Below, one piece after another: positions 1-13,772 of a stretch of DNA of 64,000 bases (its first letter is position 1; each line of letters opens with the position of its first letter). Source of the stretch: Monocercomonoides exilis PA203 (Eukaryota > Protista > Preaxostyla); contig LSRY02000018.1 in NCBI GenBank assembly GCA_001643675.2, positions 744,001 to 808,000 of the forward strand, written 5' to 3'. A program made the position numbers and the translations under genes. The notes under the pieces are model-generated. The model had not been told where the DNA came from. It saw only the letters and a list, made by a program, of their open reading frames with translations, and searched no databases.

Positions 1-479
1 TATTTTATTTTATTTTATTTCATTAGATAAAATGTGAAATGAATTGGGCATTTCAAATTATTTGTGTTATTTCAAGTTTCAGCCACCAATTTTGAATTAA
101 CCCAGTTATTTTGAAATAACCTTGAAAAACTTATATCTACTGGCCGTTTTTAAAAACATTGAATGAAATATTCTAAATCGAAAAATGGTTGAAATAATAT
201 TCGAAATTATTTTTGCTTGTTTTATATTATCATGAAATTCTGAAATTTATCGTTTTGGGATTCAAAGAAAATTGCTTCAGTCATTTTTGCTTGAAAAATT
301 CAAAAAAATAAAAATAAAAATAAAAATAAAAATAAAAATTGAGTTTTCATATGTCGAAATATTTGATGTTTCTCAAATAACACAATTTGAATTAGATTTC
401 TTTGTATAAAAATCTTTTTTAAAAGCTTTCACAAGTTTTGAAATTAATAATTCATCGATAAAAATGGAAAAATTGACAA

Positions 480-1240
480 AGAATTGCAATAACACATTTT
501 TCATTTCATTTTCGAATATTCCGTTTGTCAAAAACTGCAAAGCAAATTGATAAGTGCGCTGTGTGAAATTGTGATACTTCTGATGATGAAGATAATTTCT
601 TTGATTTTTTTTTCAAATACAGTTCTTTTTTCACTTCCAATGCAAAAAAAAAAAAAAATTAAAATGTGTTAATTGATTAATAAATATATTAACACACATC
701 ACATTGTTTAATGTTGCTCAAAGCTAGTATGGTTATTTCTCCTTTCTTCCGAACTTTTTTCTTTCCTCTTTGTTCAATGCGTCTTTCACAAGGTGTGACT
801 CGCACATTGGATATGGATCCAAAGAACACAAGTTGTCAAGTGAAAATAAGCACTCGTAAATATCAGTTCGAAGCTTTTCAATCTTTTCTTCTTTTTTCAT
901 TTCTTCATTATTAATTATCTTCTCAAATCTTTCGTTCATCTAATATTTCTCAAAGCTTCCATTCCACTGGTTCATCAGCACATTTAAATATCCAATGCAC
1001 TTCAGTGACAAAACTGCATTTTAGCTGATATTTTCTTTTCTTCAATCATTTTGAATATTTAGTCAAAAAAAAATCTTTTGTGAAAGCAGATTTGAATTCT
1101 TCTTTACTCATTTCATCAATCACTCCATCATCTTCAATGATTATCTGCTTTTGCAACCCTCATTTCAATATTCCAAACCAGAAAACAAATCTGTTCAAAA
1201 ACAATGAAATAAATTCAATCATCATGAATTCATATTCAAT
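480..1240 (-). pseudogene. Decayed copy of the lineage-expanded alpha-helical gene family (paralog of 7338-8766 and 51695-53125)
   Basis: Reverse-strand translation gives family motifs (VIDEMSKEEFKS, MIEEKKIS, RFEKIINNEE, DIYECL, KELYL, YQFALQFL), broken by in-frame stops and frameshifts and truncated at the 3' end. Boundaries approximate. Confidence 0.8.
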
Positions 1241-1994
1241 TGCAATTTCATACTTGTTATCTTTATTGTTTTATTTGCTCTGCAGTATTTTCGCTAAAGC
1301 ATTTCATCCAGAATGTGTTGATAAAATTTTTTTCAAACTTAATGAAAGAAAGCTTTGAAATGAAAATAAAATAACATGAAAACTTTTAAAACAAACAAAA
1401 GAAATTGCTCACAAACTTGTTTTAAATGCATTTTTGTTTGCACCAAACAAACGATAAGATGTGAACAATATGAATTGATCATTGACATAAATGAATGTTA
1501 ATCAATTCGAATTTTTTGAAATAGGTTTAATATATATATTATGAAGTATTATGTTGTTTAAAGATAATAATGGAACCAATTGTGAATGATTGTGCAATCG
1601 TTTTAGGCAAAAACAAAAATTTCAAAATTCCAAAATTGTGTATTTTTTACAAAAGGAAGATGAAACTGACAAATAAATAGCTTCAATTGTTTGTTGAACA
1701 TTTGTGTTTATAATAGAATTCATTATTTTTTCAAAATAATTCACATTCCCATTCCATGAAAAATGATCAAACTTTTTTTGGAAAACTAGCAAAAAATGCT
1801 TCATAAGCGAAATGCACAACACATTATTTAATGTTGATACGTTTTTGACTTCCTCCCTCAAAACATTGTTTTTTGACAAATGCAAGACTGACAGGTCACA
1901 AATGAAAAAAACCAGTATTTCTTAAAAACACTGCCTTTTATTTAAAATTACTGGGGAATCTTGAAATAAACAAAATATTTTGAAATATTTTTTT

Positions 1995-2169
1995 ATTTCA
2001 CAATTTATCTATTTTATTTTATTTTATTTTATTTTATTTTATTTTATTTTATTTTATTTTATTTTATTTTATTTTATTTTATTTTATTTTATTTTATTTT
2101 ATTTTATTTTATTTTATTTTATTTCATTTTATTTTATTTCATTTTATTTTATTTTATTTTATTTTATTT

Positions 2170-2200
<31 letters not shown>
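1995..2200. repeat. (TTTTA)n microsatellite followed by (TA)n
   Basis: Direct reading; explains the spurious ORF at 1980-2246. Confidence 0.97.
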
Positions 2201-2204
<4 letters not shown>

Positions 2205-2549
2205 GAAATTATATTTAGTATCAATTTTAAAAATTATTGTTTCTAACCTTATAGATTTTCAATCAAATTTTTCAAATTTGAATATTATTTTGAGATAATA
2301 CTTGAAATTCTCAATGAAACTATTTGTACACAATAAGTTACACTTTTCCGCATTTTTTTGAGATAAAGGAATGTACCCCTAAAGTACACATTTGTAAATT
2401 TTACAATAGTTTGTCTCAATTTTTTTTCACAAAAAATTATTGTTCCAATTAATAAAAAAGTTCCAATAAAAATATGATGGCAAGTTTGTTCGTTCAAAAT
2501 TTCTATAAGAAAGCAATAACAAAGAAGCTAATATTATGTTTGAAAATAC

Positions 2550-2756
2550 TTATCTTTTGATTTCTATTATTTCTTGAGTAATGTCATCTAATTGGCTCTT
2601 TTCACATTGAAGTTCATCAATGTCTATCATATCATTTGAAGATCCCATTGTAACCTATTCATTAAACAAATTCATAAAAAGATAAAAAGGATAAATTTAT
2701 CATAAAAGAACGATAAAAATATTACAAATCTTTCTTTTCAAAAAAAAAAAAAAAAA

Positions 2757-2788
<32 letters not shown>

Positions 2789-2947
2789 AAAAAAGAAAGA
2801 GAGAGAGATAGAGATAGAGATAGTGAAAGAGAGAAAGAGAAAGAGAGAAAGAGAAAGAGAGAAAGAGAAAGAGAGAAAGAGAAAGAGAGAAAGAGAAAGA
2901 GAGAAAGAGAAAGAGAGAAAGAGAAAGAGAGAAAGAGAAAGAGAGAA

Positions 2948-2978
<31 letters not shown>

Positions 2979-3001
2979 AAGAGAGAAAGAGAAAGAGAGA
3001 A

Positions 3002-3032
<31 letters not shown>

Positions 3033-5090
3033 AAGATAGGAGGAAAATTAATTAGAAATTGGAATGGTAATGTTTTTTCATTTGTAACTCTTTGAAAATC
3101 AATTCAATGAAAACATGATCTTGACTTAATACATACACCAAATCTTAAAGGAGATGGCAATTCTTTTACAATCTTCTGCTGAATCTTACCATCCACTGAT
3201 ACAGAGAAAGTTGAAGGATTTTTCTCTAGATTTGCTTCAAGAACGATTGTGGTTCCTTGGGTGCTTTTATCCAATCCCAAGTGTGAACATTTTTTCATAA
3301 ATATTGAACCACTATTAATTAATAATAATGAAATTAAGGAAATTTTGAAATTTTGTTGTTCGTCTTGATTCGTTAAAAGAAGCACACTTATGGGCATTGT
3401 AGCTTATGCTGTCTATAATATATGAGCGATACGAAAAAAATGCGAATAGATTTTGTATTTGTGAATACAAAAATTGTCAAACCTTCGCTTTGTCCTATCA
3501 CACAATTCAAAAGAGGAGCATGATCATCAGCTTTTGTCACTCCAACAACTGTTGCAAATTTGAATTCAAGGATATAAAATTGGTTTCATAAATTGAAACG
3601 TTTATATGTAACAATGAATTTGTTCATAAAACAGGGGGAAATATTGATAATAATTAAAAACTTTTGCAAAATATAAATCAGATCAAACAAAGAAATGATG
3701 CCGTTGTGTGCAGTAATTTCACTCTACTACGAAAAAAAGAAGGGCATAATGAACAAACAAAATTTATTTTTTTAAATAAATTTTCAAATTACAACTAACA
3801 TTTCAAATAATTTAAACAAACCATTGCCAAATTCCTGTCTTGTGAGAAAGAGGAAGTAAAAATGAAGCCCAATTTCCATCCTCAGTAAGATTTGTAACTT
3901 TAGTTCCGTCAAACGAGAATGAGGCATTTGGAGAAATAACATAGTCAGATGGAGCACAGGCCATTGGAACAGCTGACGACGAAGAAGAAGGCTCCAATGA
4001 GCTTGACGCCGTTGAACAACTTGTCTCAAACGGAGAATCTGCTTTTGCTTCTTTCTCAAGATTATCGTTTGATTGAGCTGATGATGGTTCAGAGGACTGA
4101 TGCTGACTTGATGCAAACTGAAGCTTCGTAAATTTTCCTTCGCAAATAACTTCAAGTCTTGTGCAAACGGTGTTGCACTTCATGCTCGTTTCGTCTGCTT
4201 GCCCAAGAAATCTATTTCTTATGTCTGTGAATAAAAATAGCAGTTCTGCAACGTGTGGAATTTTCGCTCCGTCATCTAGAGCTGTGCTCACAATGGAACA
4301 AATAATACACAAAAGACGAGACAGCATTGGATCAAATTCTTTCAAAGATGCATCTGAATCGGAAGAGCACTTTTCCTGTTTATTCTTCTTTATCGGCTCC
4401 CAAAGTGGCGATAATGAAGTATCTAGTAAAATTGACATGTTTGATTGTTTCATGAACTTCAAAAGATCCTGATTCATAATCCATCTTAAAGTCTCAGCAA
4501 TTATTGGAAATAGTGATGATGTATCGATTGGATAAGAAAAATGTGTCACTTTGCAAGACAAATGGATGATAGAAAGAGCGAAAATCTTAATTTGAGAAAA
4601 GGATTCTTTCGCTAAAGATTCGAGTAAAATGTAAAATTCATAAGAGATATTTAACTCTTTTGAATCAAAATCCGGAAATGCCGTCAAAATGCTTTTCCAA
4701 AAACAACAAAGTTTCTTTAATAACATTTCAAAATTACACTTTATAATTTGCTTCACACAGAAACTCCTTCATCATTGCAATCTTCTAAAACGCTTTGGAA
4801 AGTTTTGCAAAAGTCAAGCTGTTTCATAATTGGTAAATATGAGATATCTCAAAAAACAAATTTTGAAATTTTTAATCGATCAAATTGAAAATGCAATGAA
4901 ACTTTCCGATGCCAGCACAAATAGACCTAATATTAATTGACTATTTGCTCCTCCTTTTAAAAGCAATTGTTTTTGAAAGTTCTTCAGAACGTTAATCTAT
5001 AAAAAAATTTATTTGTTTCAAATTAACGAAATGAGTCAAGATTTGTTTTCAAACACTCCTTTCTTTATCATTTGATAAACTTTCTTCCAT
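2550..5090 (-). CDS. Multi-exon hypothetical protein: helical N-terminus, Ser-rich linker, C-terminal SPRY/B30.2-like beta-sandwich
   Basis: GT-AG splicing joins ATG 5090 (MEESLSNDKERS), the long exon within ORF 3812-4756, and small exons giving ...TGIWQCRVKLLHTTASFLFVGVTK...IVLEANLEKNPSTFSVSVDGKIQQKIVKELPSPLRFGVTMG...IKR* (TAA 2552-2550). The W-x-V-x-L..VG and D/N-L-x-x-x-P-x-T-x-x-x-x-V-D-G patterns resemble SPRY. 5' exon boundaries are less certain. Confidence 0.6.
2740..3037. repeat. Compound poly-A/(GAAA)n/(GAGAAA)n purine tract inside the last intron of the SPRY-like gene
   Basis: Direct reading; explains the spurious KRKRERE ORF at 2823-3095. Confidence 0.95.
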
Positions 5091-5288
5091 TTAACAAAAA
5101 TAACTTAAATTTAATCTTTCTCAAACACGCAATATTTTGTTATGAAATATACCCATAATTAAATATGACATTTATATTTTTTGTTCAATTACAAAACGTT
5201 CGATCGAAACAATGAAATAAATGAAATGCATACGTAAATGAGTAGTTCAAAAGCAAAACAAAAAGTTGAAGAAAATTCTTTAATTGAC

Positions 5289-7079
<1,791 letters not shown>

Positions 7080-7337
7080 CAAGATCAAAAGAAAAATATT
7101 TAATATAATGGTAAATTTGATCATTGAAAAGTTTAAAAAAATAATATTTGTTTTTGAACAATTCATCTATCTCATGTGTTTTTTTAAATAACTTTTTTGA
7201 TTTTTATTCAATAAATTCTTTTTCGAAAAATAAAATAATCTTTTATTAAAAACAGAAAAAAGTAGATCAAGAATTTTGCTCAAATAAAATGAATTTCAAA
7301 TGCAAAAACACAAAGTGAATCAAAAAAAATCAATGAC

Positions 7338-8766
7338 TCAGCAATAAACAAAAAAATCATCAATGGGTGGAACTAAATTATAGATATAGTGTTGTATTAT
7401 AATCTTGCAACAGCTGAATCCGATGATGCAATCTTCGTATCCTTCTTCTTCCATCTTTTCAAGTACTTTTCTTTTCAACTCTTTTTGTTTATCCTTCTCT
7501 TCCTTCATTGCAATCCTTCCTTTCAATTTTTCGAAAATGCTTTTGAAAAAATATAAATAACACAAAGTTTGTTCATTGATCACATGTGATTGAGAAACCA
7601 CATCTAAAACAGCATCAACAGCTTCGCTTTCCAGCAAGTCTTCAATCTTCACGGCTCTATTTCTCGCTGCATTGATCAATGAATCAATACATGCCCTGCC
7701 AATTCTTCTATAATTCTCCTTCGTTGCTCGAAATATCTGAACAATGCTTGCGATAAGCTCAACGAATTCTTCATTCCACAAATAACAGTTGTTAAAGAAA
7801 AAAGAGTGTGTTTGGATCCATCTCCTGATTATCATTATTTTTTTCGATTCTTTTTTGTTCATTTTCTCTTCTTTCTTCTTCCAATTCACATTTCTATTGA
7901 GCTCTTCTTGTACTCTTGCTGCCTCTCTTCCGAAATGCAGCTTATTCACAATAGTATCTTCCAAGGATCCATTGGTGCAAAATCTGTATATAAAAAACTC
8001 CCAAGCAGATTGATACGCTAGATGTGAAAGATTTCTGTGTTTCTGTTGATGTTTGATGATTTCTGTTATCTCGTTCAAATATACTTTTTGTTCCAGATTC
8101 TGTCAAAAATAAGGCGGGAAAAAGCAAACATTATGAAAATGAAAAAGAAGTGCACATACGCAATATCCTATTTCGCTCAAAGTTATCAAAGCCATTTCCA
8201 CTTCTTTTTGAACTTCCTCGTTTTCCTCTTTCTTCAACGCAACTTTCAGCAAACAAGGTACGCAAATAGAATTCAATTTCAATGATGATGAGCCTCCAAA
8301 TAATAAAATGCATTCACTAAGATCAGCAATTAGCTTTTCATCCTTTCCTTCCTTTTTCTCATCTTCTTCAGTAATCATCTTCTCAAATATTCCGTAAAAC
8401 TGAGATTCTTCAAATTCATAAAGCCGCTTGAGTTTTAATGTCCTGTTATATCCAAAGTGTTTCAACAACAGAATGGAATTATCCAAAGTCAGTTTCTTTT
8501 CTTCAATCATTTCGTGAATTTTGTTGAATATTTCTTCGTTGAAAATAGAAAGAAATTCATCAGCATTCATTTCTTCCATCACTTCATTCATTTCAACAAT
8601 TTTCTCTTTTTGTCTATCCTCATTGCAATCTTCTAGCTCACAAAACAAGTCTTCAAAAAAAAAAAAAGAAAAGAAAGAAAGAAAGAAAAAACATCAATAA
8701 TCAAGAATTTAAATGAAACTGCAACTGAAAACCTGTGAACTTTTTTGTGTTATCTGTTTCCTGCAT
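7338..8766 (-). CDS. Member of a lineage-expanded ~430-aa alpha-helical protein family of unknown function
   Basis: Three exons: MQETDNTKKFT|DLFCELEDC...CVPCLLKVALKKEENEEVQKEVEMAL...|NLEQKVYLNEITEII...HRNLSHLAYQSAW...EKMEEEGYEDCI. Same motifs and intron positions as 51695-53125. Confidence 0.85.
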
Positions 8767-9003
8767 TTTTGAAAATACATCGCAGACAGAAAACAACGAA
8801 AATTCGTCATTCACATTGAATTCGCATATGATTGGACAGAAGAATTTTTTGATAAATAAAATCTCAAAAATCGTCGTAAAAAAATATCTGCTTTCACACC
8901 AGTATTCTTTGCATTTGCATTTAAAGAAAGCTACAAAAGAGAAAGTGGGTTTTGAAGATTAACTCTTGTTTTTATGGATGTTTCGATCCAAAAATTTTAG
9001 AAA

Positions 9004-11200
9004 ATGAATTTATTCGAAATGAGAGAACAACGAATCCACATTATTTGTAGAATTAGAAATGTTATTTCATGTGGTGGTACCAGACAATGATTGCAATGCA
9101 ATAATTTTGAAATTCAGTTTGATAATTTTTGGAAACTTGATGACCAAGATGAATACAACAATTTTGTTATTTTATGAAAATCTCTGTATGTGCGCATTTT
9201 ATATTGTTCTATGGATCGTGAAGATATTTCCATTCGCATCCTTTCCAAAGCCCAGGAATATGAGTTATTGTTGAAATCTCCAATCTCCGCTTTGTGGAGC
9301 AACACCATGAGAACAGAGCTGATTATTATATAGACATTGGGAAATAAATGAAGTTACGGAAGATACATGTTTTTTATTTGGTGCAAAAGGTGAAAACAAA
9401 TTCAGCTGATGTTTTGTTGAATGAAGACAGAAGAGGATGGAACTCTGTGAAGGACAAAATCTGCACAATATTACATAGCATTTGGGAGCGTAAGGCAGAT
9501 GGAGTAGTTTGTGGTATTTTTTGGCAAAAAAAGTGGGTGGAAATATCGAGGGAAGGAAATTAATCACAAAAAAAAGGCAAAAATTCAATGGAAAAAAGAA
9601 CCCCAAAATATAGGTTTTATTCATATAGTTTTCCTGTTTCTCTAACTGCTCCAGGCAGACATGGAAAGCGATGAATTTTTATTTCTGATTCCGCATTTGC
9701 TTCAAAAGAGTGGAGAACATTCAATGAAGAGACATCCAATAATCGAATATTTGTTGGCAATCGAAGGACATTCTACCCAATTGCATCTGGATTTCATTCT
9801 TCGAAGGGACAGCCATTTTGAGTGAGCAAGGTGATTATAATTTGAAGTTTGTTTTCTTTATCACCACAGCCAATGAAAGAGAATTTTGCAATTTTTATTT
9901 TCTTTGTCTGATTTTCAACAAAGTTATTGTTTCTCTTAGCTCCTATGTTTGTGCATGGACCATTGAATTTTGTGCGTTGTGCATGAGAGAAAGCATTGCA
10001 GCTGCATTGTCATCTGCATCACGAGCATCGGTGAGTGAGTGCCAACTTTTTCTATCATTCCTCCTCCTCGTTGTTGAAGCACAGCCAACTCATTCTTCAT
10101 TTTCATCAGGATTTATATTCCTCATCCACGGTCTCGTTGATATTTGATGCCTTCCAATCACGCAGTCCGAAGAGCCATGTCCTTCAAGCACAGATAGATG
10201 AACATCCTTTCCTTCTTTCGCAGCTCCACTTCATTTGGTTCTATAAGTTATTTTTTTATTTTCTTTTTTATTTTCTTCCTCTTCGCCCCTCTCCTCTTCA
10301 CCCATCTTCACCCATCTTCACCCATCTTCACCCATCTTCACACGATCTTCCCTCATCTGCTTCTCCTCGGCAGCCGCAGAGGAAGACTCGATGGCTGTGA
10401 CGGAGCTAGCACTGCAAGCACGTCTGCTGTGCGTGTCTTTGTCAGAGATGCAGCGGGAGAAGGAGAGAAAGCAATGGGCACTAAAGCTGACAAATCGGTC
10501 GTCGTTCCTGCTGAGCACGATGCAATTCGGCACAGTTAAGCAGTTTGGCTGCGGCTCTTGTGTTTGCGGCAGCGTCGTCTGTTTCGATCACTGCAGACGA
10601 GGAGAGCATCAGCAAGGCAGATGAGGAGAGAGAAGAGAGAGAAGAGAGAGAAGAGAGAGAAGAGGGCAGATTCATCTGAAGTGAACCAAGAAGGAGGAGC
10701 AGAAGAGATTTGCGCAAAAATTTCACAGACAGCTGAAGACTTGGCTGATTCTAGTCCAACCATATCATTGTCACATTTTCATTGTCTTCTTCGAGTGATT
10801 GTGTAAAGGAGTGTGGAGAGCGAGCGAGAGAGAGAGAAACAAAGAGGAAGAGCGAGAAGAAAGAAAGAGAGAGAGAGAGAAAGAGAGAGAGAGGAGCGAA
10901 TGTGGATTGTGATCAACCAGCTCCGATATCCACCGCCAGTTGCACCGCCTCCGCAGCTGCGAGAGATGGAGGAAGAGCAGGTGGGCAAGGCGAAGGGGGG
11001 TGTGTGAGAGTGGGGAAGGGGGAAGGGCAGGGAAGGAGAATGTAAAGGAGTTTATGTTGGAGCCGGAAAAGAAGCAGCTGCAAGAAGGAGAGATCGACTT
11101 TGAGTCATATTTGATATATGAGCTATGCGGGAAGCTTCCGATGAAGGTGGAGCGGTACTATGGTATGCATCTGAAGAGACACTGTGTTTTTATTTTATTT
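9004..11200 (+). pseudogene. Degraded intron-containing gene, tentatively NPHP4 (nephrocystin-4)-like N-terminal region
   Basis: Exon-like GC-richer blocks bounded by GT/AG carry several in-frame stops. Fragments LYFHSHPF..VIVEIS, FGSVRQ, MFVHGPLNFV and SSSTVSLIFD occur in the order of NPHP4 motifs as recalled (VYFHT..AVVEV, HGTPRAL, GVHNGLGFV, HPAFAVIFQ). Pseudogene status is likely; identity is tentative. Confidence 0.4.
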
Positions 11201-11392
11201 TTTTTTTTTTTATGAATGAATGTTTTGTGTGTGTGATTTTGAAAGTTGAAATTGGATTTTCTTAGCTTATAAATAAGGCTGATACAATCTTCGCCTCACT
11301 ATTTTTTTCTGTTTCAATTTTTCAATTTTCTCTTTTTCTTTCTCCAATTGAATATGTTCTGTTTGATTGGGTGTGATGTTTTTACAGAGCTG

Positions 11393-11423
<31 letters not shown>

Positions 11424-12014
11424 ATTTACGAGAACGCATGATGAGTATGTGTTATGCTAGTGGAGGCATTTTCTGCTGTCCAATCCAAAAAGGGAAAAGA
11501 AAAGAAAAAGAAACACGAAAGGGAGGAAAGTGATAAGTTATATCCTCGACTATGCATGCTAAATATGCTGAAATCTGGTGTGCTTAGCCATGGGGCTTCA
11601 ATGCTTTTGCCATATCCCTCCTTAATCTGTTGCTGTTATTTTCTGTTCAATAATTCTTTTATTCATTGTTCCGTGTCATTTTGCGATAAAAAATGATTGA
11701 AATTTTTTAAAAAAAGTGATTGTTGAAAACTGAAAAGTTATCTCTTTATTCATTGCAAATTGTGCAAATATATGTATGTATGTATGTGTATATGTATATG
11801 TATATATATTCATTAATATATATTTATATTTATAGTTATTGTTAATGAAAAAACAAAATATTGACTTTGAAACAAACCAATTTTCCTTTAATAATATAAG
11901 GAGTTCTTCAAACCTATTATTATTACAATTATTATTATTCAACAGGTTCAGTTTTATAATAATATTTTTGAAAAAATAACAATCAGTCTCATATTACAGT
12001 TTCGATAAACTATA

Positions 12015-13606
12015 ATGGATATGGATCATAAAAATTTGATGAATACACAACAACAACGTTCAATTGCTGCAATAAGAAAGATTAATCCAGCAGGATTGTT
12101 TTTCACTGTTTTTTCTAACAAGAAGAAAAGATTGGATATGAGAGGATTCCATTCTTTTCGCGAATGTATTGTTTCTGTTGGTTTGCGGAATTATCTTTTA
12201 AAATTATGTAAAAATTTTTCGTTTGAAACTTGCATTTTTCTATTGATTGCTTATATATTGCGATAAATGCAATATATTTTTCAAAAAACTGGAAAATTGT
12301 TTTCAGGACAAATTTCAAAAGTTTTTGGCTCTTCCATGTGTCGAATGGGTGGGTGCACAATTTTAGCATCTGTTACAGGAAAAATTGTTCAACAAGAATC
12401 TCCAGTGCTAAATCCATCAGATCTCATTTGTTTGTAGTTTTTAATTTTTCCAAGATTCTTTGATTTCTATTTTTTTCAGCGGTTGATGTGAAATATACGT
12501 CGCAATGCGCTCCTTCAACAGAATTAAATACGCCTTCGAAACAATCAAAGTGCTTACTTGTCTCTCAACATTTGAGTGATCTTCTAACACGATCAATTGT
12601 TCCTGAATCATTTGTCGCTTTTTCTCCAACAACACTTGCCAGCGGAAAGAGCTTTCCATTATATGTCATGTGGGATCTGTCACTGCAAATTTCAATTCTT
12701 CAAGAAGATGGTTCATTGCTTGATGTAGCACTTTTGGCTGCAATGATGGCTCTAAATGATGGTTTGCCTTGAGAGTACTTCGAATGATAATTCAAAATAT
12801 ATGATGATTATCAATATAAATGTTTAATTATATTATTATAGTAACTCTTCCATCACTTTATCTTACTCGAGATCCAATATCTTCATCATACTGTGCATCC
12901 ACTAAAGTTGATTCAAGTGAAGATTGCATTTTAATATCAAAGTCTTCAAGCTTGAGGTTCTGTGCTTTTCCACTCTCAGTAACTTTTGGAATAGCATCGA
13001 TAAAAGATGGGTTTGTGCGATTTTAATTTTCTTATTGTTTTATGAATTTGATGATTTTTTTCATTGGTTTATTCAAATAATCTTTCACTAATGTGAAAAA
13101 ATAACATTTCTTGTGAAATGAATATTTTTGTGAATCTTAGCCCCCAAATAGTTGTGGATCCTTCGCTTGAAGAAGAAGACGGAGTTGGAATGAGCACATT
13201 TTCACTTATCTTTAATGTGGCAAACGTTTCGTCGCATTCTTCCAAAAGCTATTTTGGATTGGATTTTCTTGATGAACCTATCTTCTGGCTGATTTTAAAA
13301 GAAGGTGGAATTCCAATAATACTCTCTATGGATGGTGATCGAAACTCGTCAGAGGCAAAAACTTTCTCAAACACTGTTGTCACACTTCAAACTGGTCAAG
13401 TCATTGATGTTGCTGATCCATTCAATTCGAAAGAAAACGCAGAAAAAGAACGACTAGATCAACTTGCAAAATCACTTCACCCTCAACCAGCGATAGTGAA
13501 TAAGGAGACAATCAAAATAGGAAGAGAAAGGATCAAAGCTATTATTAATGCAATCAAAAATGAAGAACTTGAAGAAGATGAGTCAAAAATGGATATTGAA
13601 AAATGA
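12015..13606 (+). CDS. RRP43: Exosome complex RNase PH-like subunit Rrp43 (EXOSC8)
   Basis: Five exons: IRKINP..RLDMRGFHSFR..GQISKVFGSSMCRMGGCTILASV, WDLSLQISILQEDGSLLDVALLAAMMALNDVTLP, FPLSVTFG, IVVDPSLEEE. The N-terminal KINP..R-x-D-x-R pattern favours Rrp43 over Rrp42/45. Confidence 0.8.
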
Positions 13607-13772
13607 ACTGTTATAATTTAGTTTTATTTTGTTTTTTTATCAAAATTTTTTATATCTTTTGAAATAATTGAAAATAAAACGTATTGATGAAAATAGTCAT
13701 GATGCGTTGCAGGTATTAAGAAAAAATTTAATTGCATCAAAATCTGATCGAAACCATAAAATAAAAACAAAG

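Noticed and set aside
9004-9510. In-frame TGAs as selenocysteine or a recoded genetic code
   Set aside because: A TAA stop and frame inconsistencies also occur, no SECIS was recognised, and intact genes in the window end with all three stop codons.
9655-9820. ISDSAFAS...IFVG resembling a piggyBac/IS4-type DDE motif; nearby FHSHP (~9226) resembling a JAMM motif
   Set aside because: No other catalytic motifs, no terminal repeats or TTAA sites identified, and the surrounding exon-intron structure fits a cellular pseudogene better.
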